Source: Elusimicrobiota bacterium (GTDB lineage Bacteria > Elusimicrobiota > Elusimicrobia > UBA1565). From it: a DNA stretch of 64,000 bases. The DNA lies in NCBI GenBank assembly GCA_043827405.1, contig JBDRPD010000083.1:13572-77571 (forward strand). The letters are read 5' to 3'. Every line of letters begins with the position of its first letter. Position 1 is the stretch's first letter. Under the pieces are notes generated by a model. That model had not been told where the DNA came from. It worked only from the letters and a program-made list of their open reading frames with translations, and did no database searches. Shown here one piece after another: positions 54,963 through 62,757 of this stretch. Both the position numbers and the translations under genes were made by a program.

Positions 54963-55622
54963 TCAATTCAGATCCAATCCGCGCTCGTAGCGCCGATTCA
55001 TGGCGCGGTCGGAGCGCCCCATGCGGTACTCCAGCTTCAGCCGCTGGTTCATTAGAGACTGCCTCCATATTCCGTTTTTGCGGAAGCGGACGGAGGAGGT
55101 GGTGGAGAGGAAGGGCAGAATCCGCGGGGGGCCGCTCTCGCGAAGGATCATCGATAACTCGGTGTCCTCGAAAATCTCAACCGGGGGGATGGGCCGGACG
55201 AGAAGCTCGCGGCGGAAGAATATGCAGTGGTCCAGATACACGATGCCGCGCCGCTGCGCGCGGATGCGGTTGGAGTACCAACTGGTGAGCCGCAGGAGGG
55301 GATGACTGGAGTCGAAGGCATGGGTGAACCCGCCCCAGGAGACGTCGCCGGCGTTGGCGGAGAGCCAACGCAGCCCTGTGGCGTCGATGAGGCTGCGCGG
55401 GTGATGGAGCAGAATAAGGGAGTGCGAGGCGGCCTCGATGCCGGCCTGCAGCTTCACCGCGCGGGAGGCGGCGGCGAGGCGGACGGCGCGGATGCCATCC
55501 TGGGCCGGAGGCGTCCCGACGCAGAGAACCTCGAGGCCGGCGATAGCTCGCAGCCGGTCGAATATGCGGGGAAGCCAGGCGTCTCCGGCGCCGCCGGCGG
55601 CGGGAATGACGACGGAGATCAT
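54963..55622 (-). CDS. GT2-like glycosyltransferase related to rSAM-associated transferase 2 (TIGR04283-like)
   Basis: MISVVIP, RAVKLQAG, WGGF, YLDHCIFFRR, IFEDTELS, TTSSVRF. ATGA-coupled to the radical SAM gene; start 55622. Confidence 0.65.
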   Translation of the reverse strand: MISVVIPAAGGAGDAWLPRIFDRLRAIAGLEVLCVGTPPAQDGIRAVRLAAASRAVKLQAGIEAASHSLILLHHPRSLIDATGLRWLSANAGDVSWGGFTHAFDSSHPLLRLTSWYSNRIRAQRRGIVYLDHCIFFRRELLVRPIPPVEIFEDTELSMILRESGPPRILPFLSTTSSVRFRKNGIWRQSLMNQRLKLEYRMGRSDRAMNRRYERGLDLN

Positions 55623-56554
55623 CCGGGGGCGCAGGAGGCGCCGCCGAGTACGCAGAACGAGGCGCAGTAGGGATGGGCTAGGCTGACCGGGCGGCTTGAC
55701 TCCCGCAGCGTGCGCCCGAGATCGAACCGCGCATCGTGGGGCAGCAGGGTGCAGGCGGCGACGCGCGCGGAGTCCTCGCACTTTCTTTTCACGACCATGC
55801 GCGATGACGCGCACATCACCGAAGCCGGGGACCTGTTCAGCCGGCGCCAACACGCGGTGGATATCTCAGGCGGGTCCGCCGCGTCGTCGAGCTCGGGAAA
55901 CAGGATCAGCCGCTCGGGGTCCGACGAGTCGAGCTCGATGCCTAATCCCGCGAACAGGCGCCGGTAGCCCGCCCGCATGTTCGGCTCCTTCTCTTTCGTC
56001 AGGGACCTCCCGGCGACGCTCGTGACGAACCCGTTGGCCGCGAGCCAGCGCAGGCCCTCTACCGCCTTGCTCCAGGAGCCCGGACCGCGCTCGGCCTCGT
56101 GGACGGCGGCGGTATAGTGGTCCAAGGAGACCCGGAACCGCAGGCGCTTCCGGTACTTGCCGCGCAGGTCCATAAGCGCTCCAGTCTTGCGCATCATCGG
56201 CGTCATGGCGTTGGTCAGGATGAGGACGGTGAAGCCGCGAGCCAGGCACTCTTCAAGCATCGCCGCGAGATGGGGGTTGAGAAAAGGCTCTCCCCCGGTA
56301 AACCCGATCTCCGCGGCGCCGGAGTCTCCGGCAGCGAGCTCATCGATGAAAGGGAGCATGTCTTCTTTCGTGATGTAGGCGAGCCGGTCGTTTCGGGGGG
56401 AGGATTTGATGTAGCAGTTGGCGCAGGCGAGATTGCACCGCGTGCCGGTGTTAAACCACAGTGTTTTCAGGCGGCCTAGGCCGACGGCGGCGCGCGTCTT
56501 GCCGTCGGCCGTATGATCGGGATTGGTCCACTTGGCGGCAGTTCGCGGCACCAC
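55619..56554 (-). CDS. Radical SAM protein related to the ArsS/TIGR04167 group
   Basis: LWFNTGTRCNLACANC, FTGGEP, ILTN, VSLDHY, PEISTACW, VMCASSRMVV, ACTL, HPYCASFC...ASC. Confidence 0.8.
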   Translation of the reverse strand: MVPRTAAKWTNPDHTADGKTRAAVGLGRLKTLWFNTGTRCNLACANCYIKSSPRNDRLAYITKEDMLPFIDELAAGDSGAAEIGFTGGEPFLNPHLAAMLEECLARGFTVLILTNAMTPMMRKTGALMDLRGKYRKRLRFRVSLDHYTAAVHEAERGPGSWSKAVEGLRWLAANGFVTSVAGRSLTKEKEPNMRAGYRRLFAGLGIELDSSDPERLILFPELDDAADPPEISTACWRRLNRSPASVMCASSRMVVKRKCEDSARVAACTLLPHDARFDLGRTLRESSRPVSLAHPYCASFCVLGGASCAPG

Positions 56555-56566
56555 TGCTCCTCTCGC

Positions 56567-57316
56567 TCAGCTGCCGACCAGCACGCCGGTGACCTTCCGC
56601 GTTCGGCAGTCGATATGGACTTGCGCATGGTAGTCCGCCTGAAGAGTCGGCGGCTCCGTCGGCGGGATCACGAAGGTCACGACCCGTAAGCCCTTTTCGA
56701 CCGTTACCTTGATGGGCGTGTCCGGCGGATAGGACACCTTGCCCTTTATGGCCTCGGCGGCGATGGCGATCGCCGCGGCGCGCGCGAGAGCGCACTCGCC
56801 TGCGCGCTGCGGTTTCTTCGGCGCCGGTTCCTGATGATGCCCCCGGTCCGTGCTTTTCTGCTTGACCGGGACGCACCAGCGCAAAGAGCTCTCGCACTTG
56901 AGCATGTCGCGCTGGTGGCCGTCCGGGCACTTTCCTTCCTCGGCCTCCTCCCAGCCGTTGGTACGCATGCGTGCGACCGATGCCAGACAGCAGGAGTCCT
57001 CCGTGTGGCCCCGGCAGTCCTTCTCTAGGCGGCCGTAGTAGGCCTTGGCGCCCCAGGCCTTCCCGCCTTCCTTCTGTTCCTTGAAGTGAGGGTCGTGCTG
57101 CCGGTCGCGCTCCCGGTGCCGCTTCTGGATGGCATCCATCATCGACCGGCCTTTTTCCCGCGACTCCCAAGTCTCGTCCTTAAACGGTCCGCTGTGGCAG
57201 TGATAGTTGTCGCGCTGGCGGCTGCGGTGGCAGCCGTAGAGATCGAGCCTGCCGTCATGGGCGGCGGCAGGAGCCGGTGCCATGATGGATAACGCCAGGA
57301 CCGCCAGGAAGCGCAT
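56567..57316 (-). CDS. Secreted modular protein with an N-terminal YHYH-like His/Cys motif
   Basis: Signal peptide (..AAA), HDGRLDLYGCH...NYHCH, a central six-Cys module and a C-terminal PepSY-like segment. Start ATG 57316 (alternative 57364). Confidence 0.6.
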   Translation of the reverse strand: MRFLAVLALSIMAPAPAAAHDGRLDLYGCHRSRQRDNYHCHSGPFKDETWESREKGRSMMDAIQKRHRERDRQHDPHFKEQKEGGKAWGAKAYYGRLEKDCRGHTEDSCCLASVARMRTNGWEEAEEGKCPDGHQRDMLKCESSLRWCVPVKQKSTDRGHHQEPAPKKPQRAGECALARAAAIAIAAEAIKGKVSYPPDTPIKVTVEKGLRVVTFVIPPTEPPTLQADYHAQVHIDCRTRKVTGVLVGS

Positions 57317-57395
57317 CTGGAAAGTGTAGCGCGCGGCGGAGAGAAGAGCAAGACGCCGCGGCATTCCGCATTAGGGGAAGCCGACTGTTTATATA

Positions 57396-57424
57396 TTGAC
57401 CACCAGGAGGAACGGGGTTAAACT
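57396..57424 (+). promoter_or_regulatory. sigma70-type promoter
   Basis: TTGACC (57396-57401)-N17-TAAACT (57419-57424), 8 nt before ATG 57433. Confidence 0.6.
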
Positions 57425-57432
57425 ATCCCGTT

Positions 57433-58569
57433 ATGGCCGCCTCTCGCCGAGTCGCTGTTGGCGTCGCGCTTTTCGCTTTCTGCTCCCCGTGGGCGTCCGC
57501 GGAGGACGCATCCTCCGGCCTCGTCTACGCCGATAAAGGCGGCTATCACGTGATCATCGCCGATCTGGCTTCCAAGGCCTTGGAGGTCCGCGTCGCCCGG
57601 CCGCATTCCGATCCCAAGCTCAACAAGCGTACCGTGGCGCAGCATGCCGCCGCCGAAGATGCCTTGGTCGCCGTCAACGCCAACTATTTCGGCGGCTCCG
57701 ACAACCATCCCTGCGGCGCGGCGCGCGGCTACGGCATCCAGTATCCGGGCATCTACGGCGAGGCGAAAAACTGCGAGACCAGCCTGGGCTGGGGCCGGGG
57801 CGGGGGCGAAGTATTCCACAGCGGCGGCCGCGAGACCGACCCCAAGTTCAAGCCCGAGCTCACCGAGGTCGTGACCGGCGGCGGCTACCTGCTGCGCGGC
57901 GGTCTGCGGGTCGAATGGAACCGCGGGAAGTTCGCGCAGAAACGGCCCTGCACCGCCGCCGGTCTGAGCGCGGACCGCCGGAAGTTGGTGCTTGTCGTCG
58001 GCGGCAACCGCGTATGTACCGGGGAAGGTCTGCAGAAGGTCCTGCTGGGGGCGGGGGCGGCGGACGCTGTCCACCTGGACGGCGGCGGCTCCGCAAAGAT
58101 GTGGATCAAGGATCGCGGCTACGTCGACAGCGCGGGCGCAGGGCGCGCGCCGCCGGTGGCCATCGTGATCAAGCGGACCGCAGATACGGCGAAGTGCCCG
58201 AGCGATTGCGGTTCGGCCCCTTGTATTCAGCTGCCGCCGCCGCTGGGCCCGCAGTGTCTCGGCATGTCCTGCCGCCGCGGCCTCAATAATATCTGGAACT
58301 GCGATCCGGCGCGCCGCGACCGGATTCGCTGCGAAAAAGGGAAGGTGGTGCGGCAGCCGTGCGCCGCGGGCTGTCTGCCGCAGCGTCCGGGCCGGCATGA
58401 CATCTGCGCGGCCTGCCCCTCGGGCAACGGCTTGTACTGCGGCAACAATCAGGTCCTGGGCCGTCCGGATATGCTGTACCGCTGCACGGGGGGCGTGCTG
58501 AGCGCTGCGCAGCGCTGCGCCGGGGGCTGTCTGCGGATGCCCCCAGGCACCAACGACAAGTGCCGTTGA
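57433..58569 (+). CDS. Secreted phosphodiester glycosidase (NAGPA-like) with a Cys-rich C-terminal tail
   Basis: Signal peptide, VAVNANYF, RPCTAAGL, AVHLDGGGS (NAGPA hallmark), then Cys-rich repeats. Confidence 0.78.
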   Translation: MAASRRVAVGVALFAFCSPWASAEDASSGLVYADKGGYHVIIADLASKALEVRVARPHSDPKLNKRTVAQHAAAEDALVAVNANYFGGSDNHPCGAARGYGIQYPGIYGEAKNCETSLGWGRGGGEVFHSGGRETDPKFKPELTEVVTGGGYLLRGGLRVEWNRGKFAQKRPCTAAGLSADRRKLVLVVGGNRVCTGEGLQKVLLGAGAADAVHLDGGGSAKMWIKDRGYVDSAGAGRAPPVAIVIKRTADTAKCPSDCGSAPCIQLPPPLGPQCLGMSCRRGLNNIWNCDPARRDRIRCEKGKVVRQPCAAGCLPQRPGRHDICAACPSGNGLYCGNNQVLGRPDMLYRCTGGVLSAAQRCAGGCLRMPPGTNDKCR

Positions 58570-58570
58570 A

Positions 58571-59374
58571 ATGAAGAGCTTGACGGAAAGCGCCGCGTTC
58601 CAGGAACGCTTGCGCACCACCGGTTCCTACCGCACCGATCCCGCGCGCCGCCGCCCGTTTTTTGGGCGTTTTGATTTCTGGTACGTCTTAAGGGTCGCGC
58701 ACCTTATCTATGAGGGCAACCGCTTGGCGGTTCGCGGCGAGTTCAATACCGAGACTTGGGCGGCGCATTCGCTGAGCTACGTATCGATTATCGAGGATTG
58801 CGGCGGCACGCTGGATATCTCCGGACTCGAGCATTCGCTCAGGCCGGGCCGTCCGGTGGTCTATGTCGGCAATCATATGAGCATGATGGAGAGTTTTCTG
58901 CTTCCCGGACTGCTGCTTTCCGGCGGTTGGGTCACCGCGGTGATAAAGAAGAGTCTGGGCCGCTATCCGGTGCTGGGCGCCTTCGCCCGCGCCACCGAGC
59001 CGATCATGGTCGGACGGGAAAATCCCCGCGAGGACCTCAAGACCGTGCTGGGCGAAGGTCGGGAGTCTTTGGCCAAAGGACGCTCGGTGGTGCTGTTCCC
59101 GCAGGCCACGCGCAGCGCGGTATTTGATCCCTCCGCCTTCAACAGCCTCGGCGTCAAACTGGCCAAGTCGGCCGGCGTTCCGGTGGTCCCGCTGGCGCTT
59201 AAGACCGACTTCCAACGCAACGGCCGCATCCTTAAGGATATCGGCGGGCTCGACCGGAGCAAGACGGTTTGCTTTCGCTTCGGCGAGCCGCTGGAGGTGA
59301 CCGGTACGGGTAAGGACGCCAACGAAAAGGTCATGCGCTTTATTTCCGATGCGCTCAAGGAGTGGGGCGGCTAA
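58571..59374 (+). CDS. plsC: 1-acyl-sn-glycerol-3-phosphate acyltransferase family
   Basis: VYVGNHMSMME, VIKKSL, VLFPQATRS, VPVVPLAL. Confidence 0.8.
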   Translation: MKSLTESAAFQERLRTTGSYRTDPARRRPFFGRFDFWYVLRVAHLIYEGNRLAVRGEFNTETWAAHSLSYVSIIEDCGGTLDISGLEHSLRPGRPVVYVGNHMSMMESFLLPGLLLSGGWVTAVIKKSLGRYPVLGAFARATEPIMVGRENPREDLKTVLGEGRESLAKGRSVVLFPQATRSAVFDPSAFNSLGVKLAKSAGVPVVPLALKTDFQRNGRILKDIGGLDRSKTVCFRFGEPLEVTGTGKDANEKVMRFISDALKEWGG

Positions 59375-59378
59375 TACA

Positions 59379-60377
59379 ATGAAACTCCTGGTGCTCGGCG
59401 GCAGCAAATTTCTCGGCCGTCATATCGTCGAATCCGCCCTTAACCGTTCCCACGAAGTAACCCTGTTCAATCGCGGCATGACTAATTCGGAGCTGTTCCA
59501 AGACGTTGAACGCGTCGTCGGTGATCGCAATCGCGACCTCGCGAAACTGGCAGCCGGGAAATGGGACGTCGTCATCGACACCTGCGGCTACTTTCCCGGG
59601 CAAACCGCCCAAGCCGCGCAAGTATTACAGAACAAGGTACGCCGCTACTGCTTTATTTCCACTGTTTCGGTTTATGAGGACTTCTCTCAGGAGTATTTGG
59701 ACGAAAATTCCGCGGTCGCTCAACTGCCCATAGATCAAGATCCTGACGAAAATCGCCCCGAAACCTACGGCGCCAGGAAATATCTTTGTGAGAAGACTAT
59801 TGAAGGAGCTTTCCGCGACCGTGCTCTCATCATTCGTCCCGGCCTTATCGTCGGGCCTCACGACCCTTCCGGCCGCTTCACCTATTGGGTCGACCGCGCT
59901 GCCCGGGGCGGGGAGATCCTCGCCCCCGGAGACCCCAGTCTCCAGATCCAATATATCGACGCTCGTGATCTCGCCGTATGGATAGTAACGGCCCTGGAGA
60001 ATAAGATCGGCGGGATCTATAACGCGGTAGGACCCGCTGCTCCGATGACGATGAAAGGCCTGATTGACTGCTGCATCCAGGGCGTGCAATCCAACGGCAT
60101 GCCGCATTGGATCGACGAGGAATTTCTTGCGCAGCAGAAAGTCCTCCCCTGGATGGAGCTTCCGGTCTGGGTCGCCAAGGACAGCCTCGGCATCCATCAC
60201 GTCGCCAATGAGCGCGCGCTCAAGGCCGGGCTGAAATTCCGCAGTCTCGAAGAGACCGTTCGCGATACCTGGGAATGGTTCAAGAAGGAGCATCCGGTCT
60301 ATCCCGACGGTGTCGGATTAGATGCGCAAAAAGAGAAACATCTGCTCAAGGAATGGCGTCAAGCCCCGACCTGCTGA
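59379..60377 (+). CDS. NAD-dependent epimerase / isoflavone-reductase-like SDR
   Basis: LVLGGSKFLG, TLFNRG, WDVVIDTCGY, YGARK, IRPGLIVGP, QYIDARDLA. ATG 59379. Confidence 0.85.
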   Translation: MKLLVLGGSKFLGRHIVESALNRSHEVTLFNRGMTNSELFQDVERVVGDRNRDLAKLAAGKWDVVIDTCGYFPGQTAQAAQVLQNKVRRYCFISTVSVYEDFSQEYLDENSAVAQLPIDQDPDENRPETYGARKYLCEKTIEGAFRDRALIIRPGLIVGPHDPSGRFTYWVDRAARGGEILAPGDPSLQIQYIDARDLAVWIVTALENKIGGIYNAVGPAAPMTMKGLIDCCIQGVQSNGMPHWIDEEFLAQQKVLPWMELPVWVAKDSLGIHHVANERALKAGLKFRSLEETVRDTWEWFKKEHPVYPDGVGLDAQKEKHLLKEWRQAPTC

Positions 60378-60473
60378 ATCCCGCCAGGCATGCCCCCGTA
60401 CGGCGATTCCCCAGTATATGAAAACAAAAAGTACAATAAGTCGAAGGCCGGTTCGAAACTTAAGCGGGGAATC

Positions 60474-61574
60474 ATGATTAGTCAGCAATGGGTCGACTAT
60501 ATTCGCACCAATATGGACAAGTACCCCATCGAGGGTCTCAAGGCGGCGCTCATTAAGGGGGGGGCGACGCCTGAACAGGCCGAAGAAGCCGTTCGCTTGG
60601 CGAGCGCTCCGCCCCTGAGCGCCCCGCAGCCGCAAATAGAACCGCAGCATGAGCCCGAAGGGAACCCCGATTTCAAGACCATTATCGCGATCGCCAAGAA
60701 GGTGCTGTTTAGTCCCAGGGAATTCTACCGCGCCATGCCCAAGGACGGCGGCTATTTTCCGCCCCTGATATTTCTCGCCGTAATGGCGGCGACCGGTCTC
60801 GCCATTAAGGTCGTTCTCACCATCGTCTTCACTGTAGCCAATGTGCCCGGCCATGCCTCCACCGGTTCCTTCAGCGTGGTCATCTTCGGCACTATCGGTA
60901 TGGCTCTCGCCTCGATGATCGTGATCCCCATTTTCACCTTCATCGGGGCCGGCATCGCCATGGTGATATGGAAGCTGCTGGGCTCGCGGGAAAACTACGA
61001 GACCGCGTTTCGCTGCGGCGCCTATACCGCCGCCGTCATGCCGTTCTCGCTGTCATTGGAGATTATCCCGGTCATCGGATTCTATGCCGCGCTCGCCGTG
61101 CTCGGTTACACCACCTATCTCTATATCGCGGCTTCGGTTGAGGTGCACCATGTGCCGCAAAAGAGGGCCGTTTTCGCCTTCGGCGGGCTATGCCTGCTTA
61201 TGATGCTGACCATGGTCGGCTCCCGGGCGGCCCTGGAGCGGGCCGCTAAAATGCAGCGCGCCAAGATGACCCCTCAGCCGCCCGGCGAGATCATGCAGGA
61301 TGCGGCGACGCCGGCCACCAGGATGCAGACTACCAAGACGGAAGGAATGGTCGGCCACTTCACGGATACCGGAGCGCTGCAGCAGTCCGGCTGGGAGTGG
61401 GTGGTGCGGGATATCGATTCCGCCAATTTGCTGCTGGAGCGCAATGTCAGGGTGCGGGATCGAAGGACCAAGCGCGGTCAGGACGAGACCCTGTACTACT
61501 ACTTTGTGCAGTCAGGAGACGCCGGGCTGCTGGAGCGCTTGGGCTTCAAGCGCTCCGAGGATCCCGACCAGTAA
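60474..61574 (+). CDS. YIP1-family membrane protein with extra soluble N- and C-terminal domains
   Basis: KVLFSPREFYRAM, about five TM helices, ENYETAFRCGAY. Start ATG 60474. Confidence 0.65.
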   Translation: MISQQWVDYIRTNMDKYPIEGLKAALIKGGATPEQAEEAVRLASAPPLSAPQPQIEPQHEPEGNPDFKTIIAIAKKVLFSPREFYRAMPKDGGYFPPLIFLAVMAATGLAIKVVLTIVFTVANVPGHASTGSFSVVIFGTIGMALASMIVIPIFTFIGAGIAMVIWKLLGSRENYETAFRCGAYTAAVMPFSLSLEIIPVIGFYAALAVLGYTTYLYIAASVEVHHVPQKRAVFAFGGLCLLMMLTMVGSRAALERAAKMQRAKMTPQPPGEIMQDAATPATRMQTTKTEGMVGHFTDTGALQQSGWEWVVRDIDSANLLLERNVRVRDRRTKRGQDETLYYYFVQSGDAGLLERLGFKRSEDPDQ

Positions 61575-62292
61575 GCCGCCGTACGTCCGCCGCGATCGCC
61601 AAGAGGTTGGCCCGCACCCCGGGATTGCGCTTCTCCAGCAGGGGCAGGATGCGCCGCCGCACCCAGTTTCGGGTGAATTTCTCTGATTTATTCGTGCTGT
61701 CTGTGCGGTATGTGAGTCCAAAGGCTTTTAGGTAGGCCAAAATTTCCCGGCGGTTTAAAGCCATAAGGGGTCGGATCAGCTTAACCTTCGAGTCTGCGCG
61801 CAGCAGTCTTTTCGGAGGGATGCCCCCCAGCCCGCGCGCTTTCTTGCCTCGCAACAGATGCAGAATAAGAGTCTCGGCCTGGTCATCGGCATTATGGCCC
61901 ACTGCGATCTTATTGCAGGCGAGCTTTCCGGCCCAGAAACCGAAAGCCCGGTAGCGCAGGAAGCGCGCCGCGTCCTCCAGGCTGCGTCTTTCCTGCTGGG
62001 CGAAAGCCCGCACCGGCAGTTCGTCGAGGATGAAAGGCAGGCTTAGCCTGACCGCGATTTTTTCCACAAAAAGAGCGTCCCGGACCGCCTCCTTGCCGCG
62101 CAGGCCGTGATTAATGTGGAGCACCGCCAGGTTTAGGGAGCGCCGCCCGGCGATTCTGGCCAAATGATGGGCCAGGCAGACCGAATCCGGGCCTCCGGAG
62201 ACCCCGATCAGGACCCTATCGCCGGAAGAGAGCAGCCGCTCCGCCCGGTCGAAGACCGCCAGATGTGACAAAAGTCGCTTGGGGGCGGGCAT
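61546..62292 (-). CDS. tilS: tRNA(Ile)-lysidine synthetase, catalytic domain only
   Basis: GVSGGPDS PP-loop, HINHGLRG, EDAARFLRY, AVGHNADDQAET, LIRPL, YRTDSTN, RNWVR. Confidence 0.9.
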   Translation of the reverse strand: MPAPKRLLSHLAVFDRAERLLSSGDRVLIGVSGGPDSVCLAHHLARIAGRRSLNLAVLHINHGLRGKEAVRDALFVEKIAVRLSLPFILDELPVRAFAQQERRSLEDAARFLRYRAFGFWAGKLACNKIAVGHNADDQAETLILHLLRGKKARGLGGIPPKRLLRADSKVKLIRPLMALNRREILAYLKAFGLTYRTDSTNKSEKFTRNWVRRRILPLLEKRNPGVRANLLAIAADVRRLTGRDPRSA

Positions 62293-62311
62293 GCTAAATC
62301 GTACAAAATGA

Positions 62312-62340
62312 TTGCTTTTTTCCGACCAGATTATTATAAA
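62312..62340 (+). promoter_or_regulatory. sigma70-type promoter for the response regulator
   Basis: TTGCTT (62312-62317)-N17-TATAAA (62335-62340), 8 nt before ATG 62349. Confidence 0.55.
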
Positions 62341-62348
62341 ATGGCTTC

Positions 62349-62732
62349 ATGACGAAGAAAGTATTGGTGATCGACGACGAACCGGAAATGCTCAACCTGA
62401 TCCGGTTCACGCTGCAACAGGGCGGCTACGATATCGTGACTTGCGATACCGGCCGGCATGCGTGGGCCGCGATAATGGACAACAAACCCGATCTCCTGCT
62501 TCTCGACGTTATGCTGCCGGGAATCGACGGCTACTCGCTGCAGATCAAGATCTCGCAGGACGAGGCCACCAAGCACATTCCGATTATCGTTCTAACGGCG
62601 CTTGAGCCGTCGCGGACGCTGTTCAAGAAATTCGAGCAGGTGAAAGGCTTCATGACCAAGCCTTTCAAGACGGACGATCTCCTCGCGAAAGTCGAGGAGG
62701 TCATCGGCAAGGCGACGCAGTCGCCGGCCTAA
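62349..62732 (+). CDS. Single-domain response regulator receiver (CheY-like)
   Basis: LVIDDE, LLLDVMLPGIDG (phospho-acceptor Asp), VLTA, MTKPF. Confidence 0.92.
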   Translation: MTKKVLVIDDEPEMLNLIRFTLQQGGYDIVTCDTGRHAWAAIMDNKPDLLLLDVMLPGIDGYSLQIKISQDEATKHIPIIVLTALEPSRTLFKKFEQVKGFMTKPFKTDDLLAKVEEVIGKATQSPA

Positions 62733-62757
62733 ATCCCCGTTCCTTACCACAAACACT

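Noticed and set aside
55619-56554. Selenocysteine read-through in the ArsS-like radical SAM gene
   Set aside because: All expected positions are Cys codons and there is no internal in-frame TGA; the terminal TGA overlaps the next gene's ATG.
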